DNA of 29,388 nucleotides from a candidate division WOR-3 bacterium (GCA_039803745.1 JBDRZD010000019.1:1-29388); one strand, 5' to 3'. Shown: positions 1-8,338, counted from the stretch's first letter. Translations and numbers: made by a program. The notes: generated by a model not told the origin, from the letters alone.

Positions 1-376
1 AATCGTGCCATACAACAACAATATCATGAGGAGAATATTTTGGACCTTCATAAAGAATAGGACCTATCCCCCATTCTCCATCAGGATAGTTATGCATTGT
101 TACATAAGGGGTTCCACCTTCTTTACATCCAACTGTAAAATATGAAAGCCATAGATAATAGTTATTAACTGCTGCACCACCTGGCCAGGAAAGTCCATAG
201 AGACCTGCATTTGCCTCTCCACCAAGACATCCATAATTTGTTATATAATTCCATGCCTCTCCATCGGTTTGGTTTATGATTTTTTTCTCAACAAGAATAC
301 TCGGCAGGGATTCCTGTTTATTTTTTGCATATAAAACCGAAATTCCTATAAGTAAAGGCACTAACAATTTCTTCAT
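1..376 (-). CDS. Secreted hypothetical protein, partner of the TonB-dependent receptor (partial; 3' end runs off the window; not in ORF track)
   Basis: Manual translation from ATG at 376 is open to the window edge: MKKLLVPLLIGISVLYAKNKQESLPSILVEKKIINQTDGEAWNYITNYGCLGGEANAGLYGLSWPGGAAVNNYYLWLSYFTVG... Strong SD (AAAGGAGGTG, 381-390), Sec-type signal peptide, 14 nt downstream of the receptor stop. Confidence 0.9.
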   Translation of the reverse strand, partial: MKKLLVPLLIGISVLYAKNKQESLPSILVEKKIINQTDGEAWNYITNYGCLGGEANAGLYGLSWPGGAAVNNYYLWLSYFTVGCKEGGTPYVTMHNYPDGEWGIGPILYEGPKYSPHDIVVVWHD

Positions 377-390
377 CCTTCACCTCCTTT

Positions 391-3300
391 TTAAAGTCCC
401 TTCATTCTTAACTCAACACCTATTCTTGTTCTTCTTCTTGGGCTCCATACTGTCGGATCCCTTTCTTCTCCTTCTGGACTGTTGAAATATTCATACCATT
501 CAACATTTGCAAAACCTCCAAGGTCTTTTCTGTTAAATACATTGTACATGTCCATAAATAATGTCAAATAAATGTTCCTTATTGATATTCCCTTTGCAAT
601 TCTCAAATCTGTATTCTGATAACTTGGCAATCTTTTTGCATTTATGTTTTCAACTGCTTCACTTATTGTTCTTATTGGAGGAGTATATGGAAATCCACTT
701 CCATAATTATGAACAACTGTAATATTTATATCATCTAAACCTCTCATACCAAAAAGAGGATTTCCTTTTGGAATATTATAGGATAGTGTAAATGTTATTT
801 TGTGTCTCTGATCCCAATCAAGGGGTGATTCATGAGGAGGAATTGGATATCCTCTCCATGCCCATTCATAAGCCTGCCTTGGGGAGGAGAATGAACCTCT
901 TGCTACCTGGAAGGTATAAGTTATTGAACCAGCTAAATTGGGAAGGAATGGTCCTCCTGGTCTTTTTGAAAATTCAAACTCAATACCTCTTGAAGAACCA
1001 TAATCCTCATTTACATAAGTTGAATAATTCTCTCCTGTAAGACCTATTGGAAACATTTTAAGTCTTGTCCAGGAGAATATGTCTTTATAAAATGCGGTTA
1101 TATCAACTATTATGTTTTCAGTAAATCCATGGGTAACACCAAATTCATAAGAAATATTTTTTTCAGGCTCTATATCCGGGTTTCCAATAACAGGGAATGC
1201 ACCTGAAAATACATAAGAAGTTAATAATTGGTTGAATGGCGGAATCTGATAATAGTGTCCATATGTAAAGTGTAAAACATCCCTTTCAGTTATTGGATGG
1301 GAAATTCCAATTCTCGGTGATACATACCATTTCTTCTCTGTTTTCTTCGCATTCTTTAAAAGCCTTATTCTCTCAGAGAGCCATAAATCATCATATGTAA
1401 ATGGTTCATCGGGATCTGAAAATACATATCCTTCAGGTGAATAGTAATCAAATCTGAAACCAACTTTTGCAACCATTCCTTCAATCTCTATTTTATCCCT
1501 TATATATGCTGCAAACTCCCATGGATAAGAAGGATGATCATCAAACCAATCAATAAAATTGTATGGATCCTTTGGTCTTCTATCAAGGTCAGGATTTACA
1601 AGGGTCATGTAAATGTTTCCTCCTGAAGCATAATCAACAGCATACCTTTTTGTTGCAATTTTCTTAAATTCTGAACCAAGAAGAATTTCGTGATTTCTCG
1701 TAATCTGTGATTTCATATCCCATTTAAGGGTATATAATCTTGAGGCACCTATATAATGCTGAACTCTTGGATATGTCCAGGGAGTTGGAAGATATTGATT
1801 TCCTATTAATAGAGTATCAAATGTTGGTGGATATGTTGAAAAATCTGGAACAAGGGCAAAGGTATCTCTATTAGTTCTTTGTCCCCATCCCCATCTGTTG
1901 TATTTATAAATATGAACTTCTCCATAAACAGTATCTACTTTGCCAACTCCACTCACCGGTGTATCAGAAACAACTGGCTTAAACAGCTGGTAATAAACAT
2001 ATTTTGTGTCAGGTTTTGTTGGATCAACCCAGTATCTATCCCTTGGCCACCATCTTGGTCCTGAACCTATTGTTGGATAAAGTGTTTGAACTTCATATTC
2101 CCACCAGTAGAAGGGAATTTCAACATATCCCTTATCTCTATAATATTTTACAAGGGATGGATCATATCTTGAATCATTTTTCCATACAGAATCAGGAGTT
2201 ATTTCAACCCATCTTTCCTTAATTGAATCAATTCTTCCACTTGTCCTAAATGTATCCATTCTTAAAGCCTGGAAATAAGTCAAATCAACCTCTACAAGAC
2301 CATCAGCATCCCTATCTGCAAAGTCATCAACCCCGTCATAATCAACATCTTCTTTAACACTGTTATCAAAGAACCTGTCATAATAACCTGCTCTGAATTC
2401 CATAAAGGTCTTACCAAAAAGAAAATCAAAACCACCAATCAGTTGAAGATGTCTATCATAAAAATTCCAGAGATTATCAATAGCGAGTCTCCATCCAGGA
2501 TCATATCCTCTTCCACCTTGATAATCTACATAATATCTATAAAATCCACTTGTAAATAGTTTGAAAACTTTTGTGACAGGTATTGAAACTTTCCACTGGT
2601 ATGATTCACCCCAATTCTGTTTTTCATCATAAGTATAAATTGGAAAGTCTTCATAAGTATAATACCTTTCACCTGAAACAAAGAACTTTGCTCCTTCTCT
2701 CCACATAGGGAAAAGAGGACCACCTAAGGAAAACTCATATCTTTTTTCCTTATTTTTATATCTTCCATGAATACTTTTTAGATTTTTAACTCTTCCAAGT
2801 AAATAATCCTGATATGGGTCACCCTGCTGACAATCTAAGAAGTCAAAAATATCCTTTCCAAGGAAAGAGAGGTCCCTTGTGGAAAACCTGAATTGAGCAT
2901 CATATTTATCTGTTCCCTCTTTCGTAATTATTGATATTGCGCCTGATGAAACTGTTCCCTGGTCAACATCAAATCCACCTCTATCAACAGCAGCTTCTTC
3001 AAGGGCTAAAAGTGGGACTCCTGATTGTGTATAGTTAGAATATGGGTCTCTTATTTCAACACCATCAACAACATAAACAACTTCATCAGGTCTTCCACCT
3101 CTTACATATATTGTTCCCTGTCTTATAGTAACTCCTGATGAATAGGAAACTGCCTGCTGAACCTGTGTAACAGGAAGGGATTGGATCTGTTCTGATTTTA
3201 TCATTGTTCTTGATTCAGTTTTATCCTTTCTTATTACAATCTCCTTTGCTGTAATTTCTTGAACTGGTAAAACTATTTCGGTTGGCTTTAATGGAAAGTT

Positions 3301-3603
3301 AACTTCAATAGTTCTATCAGCAAATACTTTAATATTTTCAACTCTTAAAGTTTGATAACCAGTATAGGAAGCAGATAGCGTATATTCACCTGGTGGAACA
3401 TTTAAGAATACATAATAGCCATCAATATCTGTAATTGATATCATGGTTGTTCCTTCAATCTTTACTGCTGCCTGCGGGAGCCCTTCACCTGTTTGAGAAT
3501 CGGTAACTCTACCCGTTATCTTTCCATACAGACCACCATACAGGTGGTTTATCCCAAGGAGCATTAAGATAGCTCCTGGGATAAGTATTTTCCTCCATGA
3601 CAT
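391..3603 (-). CDS. TonB-dependent outer-membrane receptor with N-terminal carboxypeptidase-regulatory-like domain
   Basis: Signal peptide; GKITGRVTDSQTGEGLPQA...PPGEYTLSASYTGY domain; plug motif IYVRGGRPDEVVYVVDG; barrel motifs SPRIGISHPIT, GNPDIEPEKNISYEFG, NVFNRK; SD GGAGGT; adjacent to tonB/exbBD. Confidence 0.93.
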   Translation of the reverse strand: MSWRKILIPGAILMLLGINHLYGGLYGKITGRVTDSQTGEGLPQAAVKIEGTTMISITDIDGYYVFLNVPPGEYTLSASYTGYQTLRVENIKVFADRTIEVNFPLKPTEIVLPVQEITAKEIVIRKDKTESRTMIKSEQIQSLPVTQVQQAVSYSSGVTIRQGTIYVRGGRPDEVVYVVDGVEIRDPYSNYTQSGVPLLALEEAAVDRGGFDVDQGTVSSGAISIITKEGTDKYDAQFRFSTRDLSFLGKDIFDFLDCQQGDPYQDYLLGRVKNLKSIHGRYKNKEKRYEFSLGGPLFPMWREGAKFFVSGERYYTYEDFPIYTYDEKQNWGESYQWKVSIPVTKVFKLFTSGFYRYYVDYQGGRGYDPGWRLAIDNLWNFYDRHLQLIGGFDFLFGKTFMEFRAGYYDRFFDNSVKEDVDYDGVDDFADRDADGLVEVDLTYFQALRMDTFRTSGRIDSIKERWVEITPDSVWKNDSRYDPSLVKYYRDKGYVEIPFYWWEYEVQTLYPTIGSGPRWWPRDRYWVDPTKPDTKYVYYQLFKPVVSDTPVSGVGKVDTVYGEVHIYKYNRWGWGQRTNRDTFALVPDFSTYPPTFDTLLIGNQYLPTPWTYPRVQHYIGASRLYTLKWDMKSQITRNHEILLGSEFKKIATKRYAVDYASGGNIYMTLVNPDLDRRPKDPYNFIDWFDDHPSYPWEFAAYIRDKIEIEGMVAKVGFRFDYYSPEGYVFSDPDEPFTYDDLWLSERIRLLKNAKKTEKKWYVSPRIGISHPITERDVLHFTYGHYYQIPPFNQLLTSYVFSGAFPVIGNPDIEPEKNISYEFGVTHGFTENIIVDITAFYKDIFSWTRLKMFPIGLTGENYSTYVNEDYGSSRGIEFEFSKRPGGPFLPNLAGSITYTFQVARGSFSSPRQAYEWAWRGYPIPPHESPLDWDQRHKITFTLSYNIPKGNPLFGMRGLDDINITVVHNYGSGFPYTPPIRTISEAVENINAKRLPSYQNTDLRIAKGISIRNIYLTLFMDMYNVFNRKDLGGFANVEWYEYFNSPEGEERDPTVWSPRRRTRIGVELRMKGL

Positions 3604-3617
3604 TTTTATACCTCCTT

Positions 3618-4229
3618 TTATTTTTCCAATCTAAAACGATATGGCTGAACAATTCTCACACTCACAGGCTGTCCCATTTGCTTTCCTGGTCTAAATATCC
3701 ATTGCCTTACTGCTTCTAAAACTGGCTCATTTAAAATCTCATGAACACTTTTTATTATCTCTGCGTGCTTTACTTTTCCATCAGGACCAACAATCATTCT
3801 AACAACAACCATCCCTTCAATTTTTAATTGTCTTGCTATTTCAGGATAAACAGGATCAACTTTTTTAATGAGAACAGGTGGCTCCTCAACTTCGTATTGT
3901 TCATAAACTTTCATTTCTGGTAAAACCGGCAATTCCTGTGTTTCTACAAATGTTGTAGTAGGTGCTATTTCAACCTCCTCCTCCTCACCCTCTCCTGCTG
4001 AAACTTCAACAGGTAAGATTGGTTTTGGAGGAGGTGGAGGCTCTTCAATTTTAATAATTTCTTCAGGAACTTGTTCAAGAATTGTTTCTTTTGTTTCTTT
4101 TGGCAAATAAGGCTTTATTGAAAATTGTTTTATCGTAAGAAAAGAAATTATTGTAATTATCAAAGATATGGAAAGTGAAACTTGAAAAATAACATCCTGC
4201 CTTTCCCTTATATCTTTCTTTTTCTTCAT
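3618..4229 (-). CDS. tonB: Energy transducer TonB
   Basis: N-terminal TM anchor, Pro/Glu-rich linker, TonB C-terminal domain (PVYPEIARQLKIEGMVVVRMIVGPDGKV...QWIFRPGKQMGQPV). Confidence 0.92.
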   Translation of the reverse strand: MKKKKDIRERQDVIFQVSLSISLIITIISFLTIKQFSIKPYLPKETKETILEQVPEEIIKIEEPPPPPKPILPVEVSAGEGEEEEVEIAPTTTFVETQELPVLPEMKVYEQYEVEEPPVLIKKVDPVYPEIARQLKIEGMVVVRMIVGPDGKVKHAEIIKSVHEILNEPVLEAVRQWIFRPGKQMGQPVSVRIVQPYRFRLEK

Positions 4230-4231
4230 AT

Positions 4232-4645
4232 TTACCCACCCCCTTTAAATTCTGTTGAAAATGTCACCCTTAAAGCCCTTGCTTCTCTTAATGCTTCTAA
4301 AATACTGTCCACATAAAGATACTTAACATTTTTATCAAACATGAGCATTACAATTAAGTTTGGGTCCTCTAAAACCCTCAATCTAAAATCATAGGATATT
4401 CTTTTTGGGGAAACCCTTTGATCCATTACAAATATTTTTCCATCTTTTGTAAGCCATATATAAGAAAGATGCTTTCTTTTAAGTATTCTTTCAGTTGATT
4501 TTGCAGATGGTAAAATGATTTTTTGTCCTCTTTCTTTTCTAAAAACTGTTGTAAGCATAAAAAATATTATAAGTAAAAAAGCAATATCTGCCATTGAAGC
4601 AGTCGGAATTATAACTTTTGGCTTTCCAATCCTTTTTATTTTCAT
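4232..4645 (-). CDS. exbD: Biopolymer transporter ExbD
   Basis: IPTASMADIAFLLIIFFMLTT TM motif with conserved Asp; context. Confidence 0.92.
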   Translation of the reverse strand: MKIKRIGKPKVIIPTASMADIAFLLIIFFMLTTVFRKERGQKIILPSAKSTERILKRKHLSYIWLTKDGKIFVMDQRVSPKRISYDFRLRVLEDPNLIVMLMFDKNVKYLYVDSILEALREARALRVTFSTEFKGGG

Positions 4646-4648
4646 ATT

Positions 4649-5068
4649 CTATTCCCCTTTTATTGATTGAAGTGCAACTTTATCTGCACCACCCTGAAGA
4701 ACTTCATCGTAAACTTCTATCATTCTATTATAAGGAGCAGAAATATTCGTTTTTATGAGAACAATCAATTTAGGATTTTCCTTTATTCTTTCTCTTACAA
4801 TATTCTTAATCTCGTAGATAGGTGTTTCTATTATTGCATCATCAATAAATATTTTTCCTTCTGGATTTATAGAGATTCTCATCATGTTTTCACTTTTTAT
4901 TTTCACTATTTCCGTGGACTTCTCAGGAAGAACCATTTTAAGACCCTTTGCTCTGCTAAAAATTGTTGTAAGCATAAAGAAGATTATAAGAAGAAAGGCA
5001 ATATCAGCCATTGATGCAGTAGGAATCTCAGGTTCTTCTATCTTTCTTTTTCTAAAATTAAATGGCAT
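4649..5068 (-). CDS. exbD: Biopolymer transporter ExbD (second paralog)
   Basis: Same IPTASMADIAFLLIIFFMLTT motif; context. Confidence 0.92.
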   Translation of the reverse strand: MPFNFRKRKIEEPEIPTASMADIAFLLIIFFMLTTIFSRAKGLKMVLPEKSTEIVKIKSENMMRISINPEGKIFIDDAIIETPIYEIKNIVRERIKENPKLIVLIKTNISAPYNRMIEVYDEVLQGGADKVALQSIKGE

Positions 5069-5070
5069 TT

Positions 5071-5742
5071 TTAAACCCTCTGTTTTTCAAGTAAATACTC
5101 AAGAAGCATATTTGCTGCCTCTTCCATATCACGAGTATAAGCATTTATTCTTGAAGAGAAGAAGGCATGGGCAACAGCAACTGGTGCTGCTATTAAAAGA
5201 CCTGTTGCAGTTGTAATCAGTGCCTCTGAAATTCCTGCAGCAACATACGTTGGCTCTACTTCTCCCATCTGGGCAACAGCATTAAAGGCTTTTATCATTC
5301 CTGTAACAGTTCCAAGGAAACCAAGGATAGGGGCAATTGTAGCAAAAGAGCCCAAATATATCATTCCTCTATCCAAAAAGGCAAGTTCAGAGGCAGATTT
5401 TTCAGCAATTGCTTCTTCTATGATTTCTCTTGTTTTACCTGCCTTTTCAACTCCTGCAAGACATATTTTTGCCACAGAACTCGGATGTGAAGAACAGAAG
5501 GCTATTCCTCCATCAACTCCTTCCTCTTCTATTATGTTTATCAATTTTTCCACAAACTTTTTTGGATTTGTTCTTATTTTAAAAAGAGTATACAATCTCT
5601 CAATGATTATTGCAATTGATAGAACAGCGACAGCAAGAAGAAGCCACATCATTCCGCCACCTTTTCTGAAAAGGTCAACAAGTGTCCATATAACACCCTG
5701 CCCTTCTCCTTGAGCAATCAGATAATGCAATATACTTATCAT
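5071..5742 (-). CDS. exbB: MotA/TolQ/ExbB proton channel family protein
   Basis: APILGFLGTVTGMIKAF and GISEALITTATGL motifs; SD GAGGAGGT. Confidence 0.93.
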   Translation of the reverse strand: MISILHYLIAQGEGQGVIWTLVDLFRKGGGMMWLLLAVAVLSIAIIIERLYTLFKIRTNPKKFVEKLINIIEEEGVDGGIAFCSSHPSSVAKICLAGVEKAGKTREIIEEAIAEKSASELAFLDRGMIYLGSFATIAPILGFLGTVTGMIKAFNAVAQMGEVEPTYVAAGISEALITTATGLLIAAPVAVAHAFFSSRINAYTRDMEEAANMLLEYLLEKQRV

Positions 5743-5762
5743 TTTACCTCCTCAAAGTGTAA

Positions 5763-5792
5763 AATATAAAGTTTAAAAAAATTCTTTGTCAA
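5763..5792 (-). promoter_or_regulatory. Putative sigma70 promoter for the exbB-exbD-exbD-tonB-receptor operon
   Basis: TTGACA (5787-5792), 18 bp, TATATT (5763-5768) on the minus strand, just upstream of the exbB SD. Confidence 0.7.
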
Positions 5793-6140
5793 TTATCTTA
5801 ACCATGCAAAATAAATTATAGAGGTTAAAAATACAAAAAAGCCTGCAATTAAAAAAAACAAATTTTCAAGAAAGGTGATTTTAAAGGAAAAAAGTAAAAG
5901 TTTATAGAGATTGAGACCGGAAACTGCAAGAAGGGGATAGATATAAAGCATCTTTATTCCGTGGAAAATCGCAACAAATAAAAATAAAATACCAGAAAAA
6001 AGAGGCAGAAGGGAAAGAAAACGAGGTTTGCGCAAAAGTTTAAGTAAACGATTTAAAATCCTTGTATAGTAAAATAAAACAAAAATAAAAAAGATTACAG
6101 AAACAAAAAATAAAAGTTCAGCCCTTATGTCAAATCTCAT
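5793..6140 (-). CDS. Hypothetical integral membrane protein (~3 TM)
   Basis: 115-aa hydrophobic ORF; ATGA overlap with the upstream gene; fills the gap between neighbours. Confidence 0.8.
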   Translation of the reverse strand: MRFDIRAELLFFVSVIFFIFVLFYYTRILNRLLKLLRKPRFLSLLPLFSGILFLFVAIFHGIKMLYIYPLLAVSGLNLYKLLLFSFKITFLENLFFLIAGFFVFLTSIIYFAWLR

Positions 6141-6484
6141 CTTCCACCCCTTTTAACAACATTAAAGAACTGTAAAATTCCAATAAATGTTAATATTCCT
6201 GAAAAAAGGAAAAAGGAATAAGCAATAAAAGATTGATTTGGATTCATTTTGACCATCTGTTTAAATAAAGAAGCATAAAGTGCAATAATACCATAAACAA
6301 ATATGCCTGTAGGAGCAATCATTATAAAGAACCACCTTGTTGGAATTCTTAAGACTATTTCAAATTTCCTTGCAATATTTCCAAAAAGCAAAAAGCCAAT
6401 CCAAAGTAAAAAAATACCCCCGATTAAAAAATAATTTGAAAGTTTTATATAGAGGAATTCCTCTAAAAAATTTAAACCAAACAT
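6137..6484 (-). CDS. Hypothetical integral membrane protein (~3 TM)
   Basis: 115-aa hydrophobic ORF directly downstream of a consensus promoter. Confidence 0.82.
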   Translation of the reverse strand: MFGLNFLEEFLYIKLSNYFLIGGIFLLWIGFLLFGNIARKFEIVLRIPTRWFFIMIAPTGIFVYGIIALYASLFKQMVKMNPNQSFIAYSFFLFSGILTFIGILQFFNVVKRGGR

Positions 6485-6491
6485 AGTTTAA

Positions 6492-6521
6492 ATTATAAAT
6501 TAAAAAAAATTAATTTGTCAA
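6492..6521 (-). promoter_or_regulatory. Consensus sigma70 promoter, likely leaderless transcript
   Basis: TTGACA (6516-6521), 18 bp, TATAAT (6492-6497), then 7 nt to ATG at 6484; no SD. Confidence 0.8.
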
Positions 6522-6527
6522 ATAAAT

Positions 6528-7580
6528 TTAATTCCAAACTCCCTTTATTTCAAATGAGCAAAAATTGCATTTACCGTCTTTTATTTTTATGTTATAAACA
6601 TTAAATCCCCTTCTTTTTATAATCTCATTCTTACAGGAAGGACAATATGTGCTTTCCCACTTGCTTAATGGTCCTCCATATATATTACCTATATAAATGT
6701 ATAATAATCCTGTTTCTTTACCTATTAAAGCGGCTTTTAAAAGGGAATCAGAATCCGTATATTCTCTATCATACATTTTATAATCTGGATGAAAACGGGT
6801 TATATGCCATGGAATATGGGGATTTATTCCTTTTATAAAATTTGCAATATTTCTAATCTCCTCTTCTGAATCGTTGAATTCTGGGACCAAAAGTGTAACA
6901 ATCTCAATCCATAATCCCTTTTCATTTGCATATTTTATTGAGTTTAAAACAGGTTCAAGTTTTGCTCCTAAAATCCTGTAATTTTTTTCATTAAAAGATT
7001 TTAAATCAACTTTATAAGCATCTAAATAAGGTAAAATATAATCAATTGCTTCCTTTGAAAAATAGCCATTAGAAATAACAGCAGTTTTTAATCCTTTTTC
7101 TTTTGCTTTTTTAAATATTTCCTTAGCCCATTCTATTGTGATTGCAGGCTCATTATAAGAAGAAGAAATAGAGGAAGAATTGTATTTTATTGCAAGTTTG
7201 ATTATTTCCTCAGAAGAAATTAAATAAGGCATATAGCCTGCCCTTTCATCTTTTAAAACCTGAGAAGAAAGCCAGTTTTGACAAAAGGGACAGTGAAAGT
7301 TGCATCCAAACATCCCGAAAGTCATTGTATTAGTTCCGGGTAAAAAATGAAAAAGAGGTTTTTTCTCTATAGGATCGTTTCCAAGACCTGCAACATATCC
7401 ATAAGGTACATATAATTTCCCATCTTTATTAACTCTAACCTTACATATACCTCTTTTATTTTCAAATATTATGCAGTAATGAGAACAAGCGAGGCACCTT
7501 ACTTTTTTATCTTTTAACTTTTCATAAAGCTCACCTTCTTTCACATTTTCATCAATTATTTCCTCAAATGTCTTAATCAT
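6528..7580 (-). CDS. amrS: AmmeMemoRadiSam system radical SAM enzyme (PFL-activating-enzyme-like)
   Basis: N-terminal CLACSHYC...GICKVR, DPIEKKPLFHFLPG, radical SAM CNFHCPFC-QNW, YNEP, RFHPDY, C-terminal CPSC...CNFC. Confidence 0.9.
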   Translation of the reverse strand: MIKTFEEIIDENVKEGELYEKLKDKKVRCLACSHYCIIFENKRGICKVRVNKDGKLYVPYGYVAGLGNDPIEKKPLFHFLPGTNTMTFGMFGCNFHCPFCQNWLSSQVLKDERAGYMPYLISSEEIIKLAIKYNSSSISSSYNEPAITIEWAKEIFKKAKEKGLKTAVISNGYFSKEAIDYILPYLDAYKVDLKSFNEKNYRILGAKLEPVLNSIKYANEKGLWIEIVTLLVPEFNDSEEEIRNIANFIKGINPHIPWHITRFHPDYKMYDREYTDSDSLLKAALIGKETGLLYIYIGNIYGGPLSKWESTYCPSCKNEIIKRRGFNVYNIKIKDGKCNFCSFEIKGVWN

Positions 7581-7591
7581 TTTTATTTTAA

Positions 7592-7621
7592 ATTATAAAG
7601 TATATAGTTTGACTTTTACAA
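7592..7621 (-). promoter_or_regulatory. Putative promoter for amrS (divergent, overlapping the tRNA promoter)
   Basis: TTGTAA (7616-7621), 18 bp, TATAAT (7592-7597), 11 nt to ATG; no SD. Confidence 0.6.
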
Positions 7622-7638
7622 ATCTTTTTATTTATAAT
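7609..7638 (+). promoter_or_regulatory. Putative sigma70 promoter for the tRNA-Val/cNMP/tRNA-Glu/ompA unit
   Basis: TTGACT (7609-7614), 18 bp, TATAAT (7633-7638), 16 nt before the tRNA 5' end. Confidence 0.75.
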
Positions 7639-7654
7639 TTTAAACTTGTATTTT

Positions 7655-7730
7655 GGGCGATTAGCTCAGCTTTGGTGAGAGCGCCACGTTGACAACGTGG
7701 AGGTCGGAGGTTCAAATCCTCCATCGCCCA
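7655..7730 (+). tRNA. tRNA-Val (anticodon GAC), CCA not encoded
   Basis: Cloverleaf: GGGCGAT/ATCGCCC acceptor stem, GCTC/GAGC D stem, CCACG-TTGACAA-CGTGG anticodon arm, GGAGG-TTCAAAT-CCTCC T arm. Confidence 0.97.
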
Positions 7731-7742
7731 TTTTTAAAAATT

Positions 7743-8246
7743 ATGGAATTTTTAAACGAAGTGAGTTTATTTAAAGGGTTAAAGGAAGAGGAATTAAAAG
7801 AAATTTATAAAAAGTTGGAAGAGAAAGAATACGAAAGTGGAAGAATAATATTTGAAGAAGGGGCTCCTGGAAATGAAATGTATATAATAAAAGAAGGAAA
7901 AGTAGAAGTGAGACTTAAAAGAGGAGATTTAATACTTGTTCTTGCTGAACTTAAAAAGGGTGATTTTTTTGGAGAATTCAGTCTTGTTTCTGATGTTGAA
8001 AGAAGTGCAACCTGCATAGCAATACAGAACTCAAAGATTTTTTCCCTTTCAAAGGAAAATTTTTGGAAAATTGTGGAGAAAAATTCAAGAATAGGAGTAA
8101 TCATTTTAAAAAATCTTGCAGAAGAAATGGCTGAGAGAATAAGGGAAACAAATAAAAATCTTGAAACTTATTTTTTAATAAATCAGGCAATAATAGATAA
8201 TGAACAATTTAGAAGACTTTATATTTCTGCAAAGAAAAAATTTTAA
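7743..8246 (+). CDS. Stand-alone cyclic-nucleotide-binding domain protein (no HTH)
   Basis: IFEEGAPGNEMYIIKEGKVEV...GDFFGEFSLV..ERSAT cNMP motif. Start moved to ATG 7743 because the track start (7689) lies inside tRNA-Val. Confidence 0.88.
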   Translation: MEFLNEVSLFKGLKEEELKEIYKKLEEKEYESGRIIFEEGAPGNEMYIIKEGKVEVRLKRGDLILVLAELKKGDFFGEFSLVSDVERSATCIAIQNSKIFSLSKENFWKIVEKNSRIGVIILKNLAEEMAERIRETNKNLETYFLINQAIIDNEQFRRLYISAKKKF

Positions 8247-8249
8247 AAT

Positions 8250-8323
8250 GGCCCCATCGTCTAGCCCGGTAAGGACATCGCTCTTTCAAGGCGAAAGCAG
8301 GGGTTCAAATCCCCTTGGGGCCA
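8250..8323 (+). tRNA. tRNA-Glu (anticodon TTC), CCA not encoded
   Basis: GGCCCCA/TGGGGCC acceptor stem, TCGCT-CTTTCAA-GGCGA anticodon arm, AGGGG-TTCAAAT-CCCCT T arm. Confidence 0.97.
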
Positions 8324-8338
8324 TAAATTAATTTTTCT

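Noticed and set aside
4545..5030. DNA similarity between two segments
   Set aside because: Explained by the shared TM coding motif of the two exbD paralogs; not a mobile or regulatory repeat.
1..5742. Visibly higher GC in the TonB operon as a sign of horizontal transfer
   Set aside because: No mobility genes or boundaries; ompA and guaA look similar, so amino-acid composition and expression level explain it. Not quantified.
7689..7742. N-terminal extension of the cNMP ORF in the track (TTG start)
   Set aside because: Lies within tRNA-Val; ATG 7743 gives a clean domain start.
7655..8323. Possible tRNA-anchored integrative element
   Set aside because: No integrase and no duplicated tRNA 3' end (att) seen; both tRNAs are intact and different.
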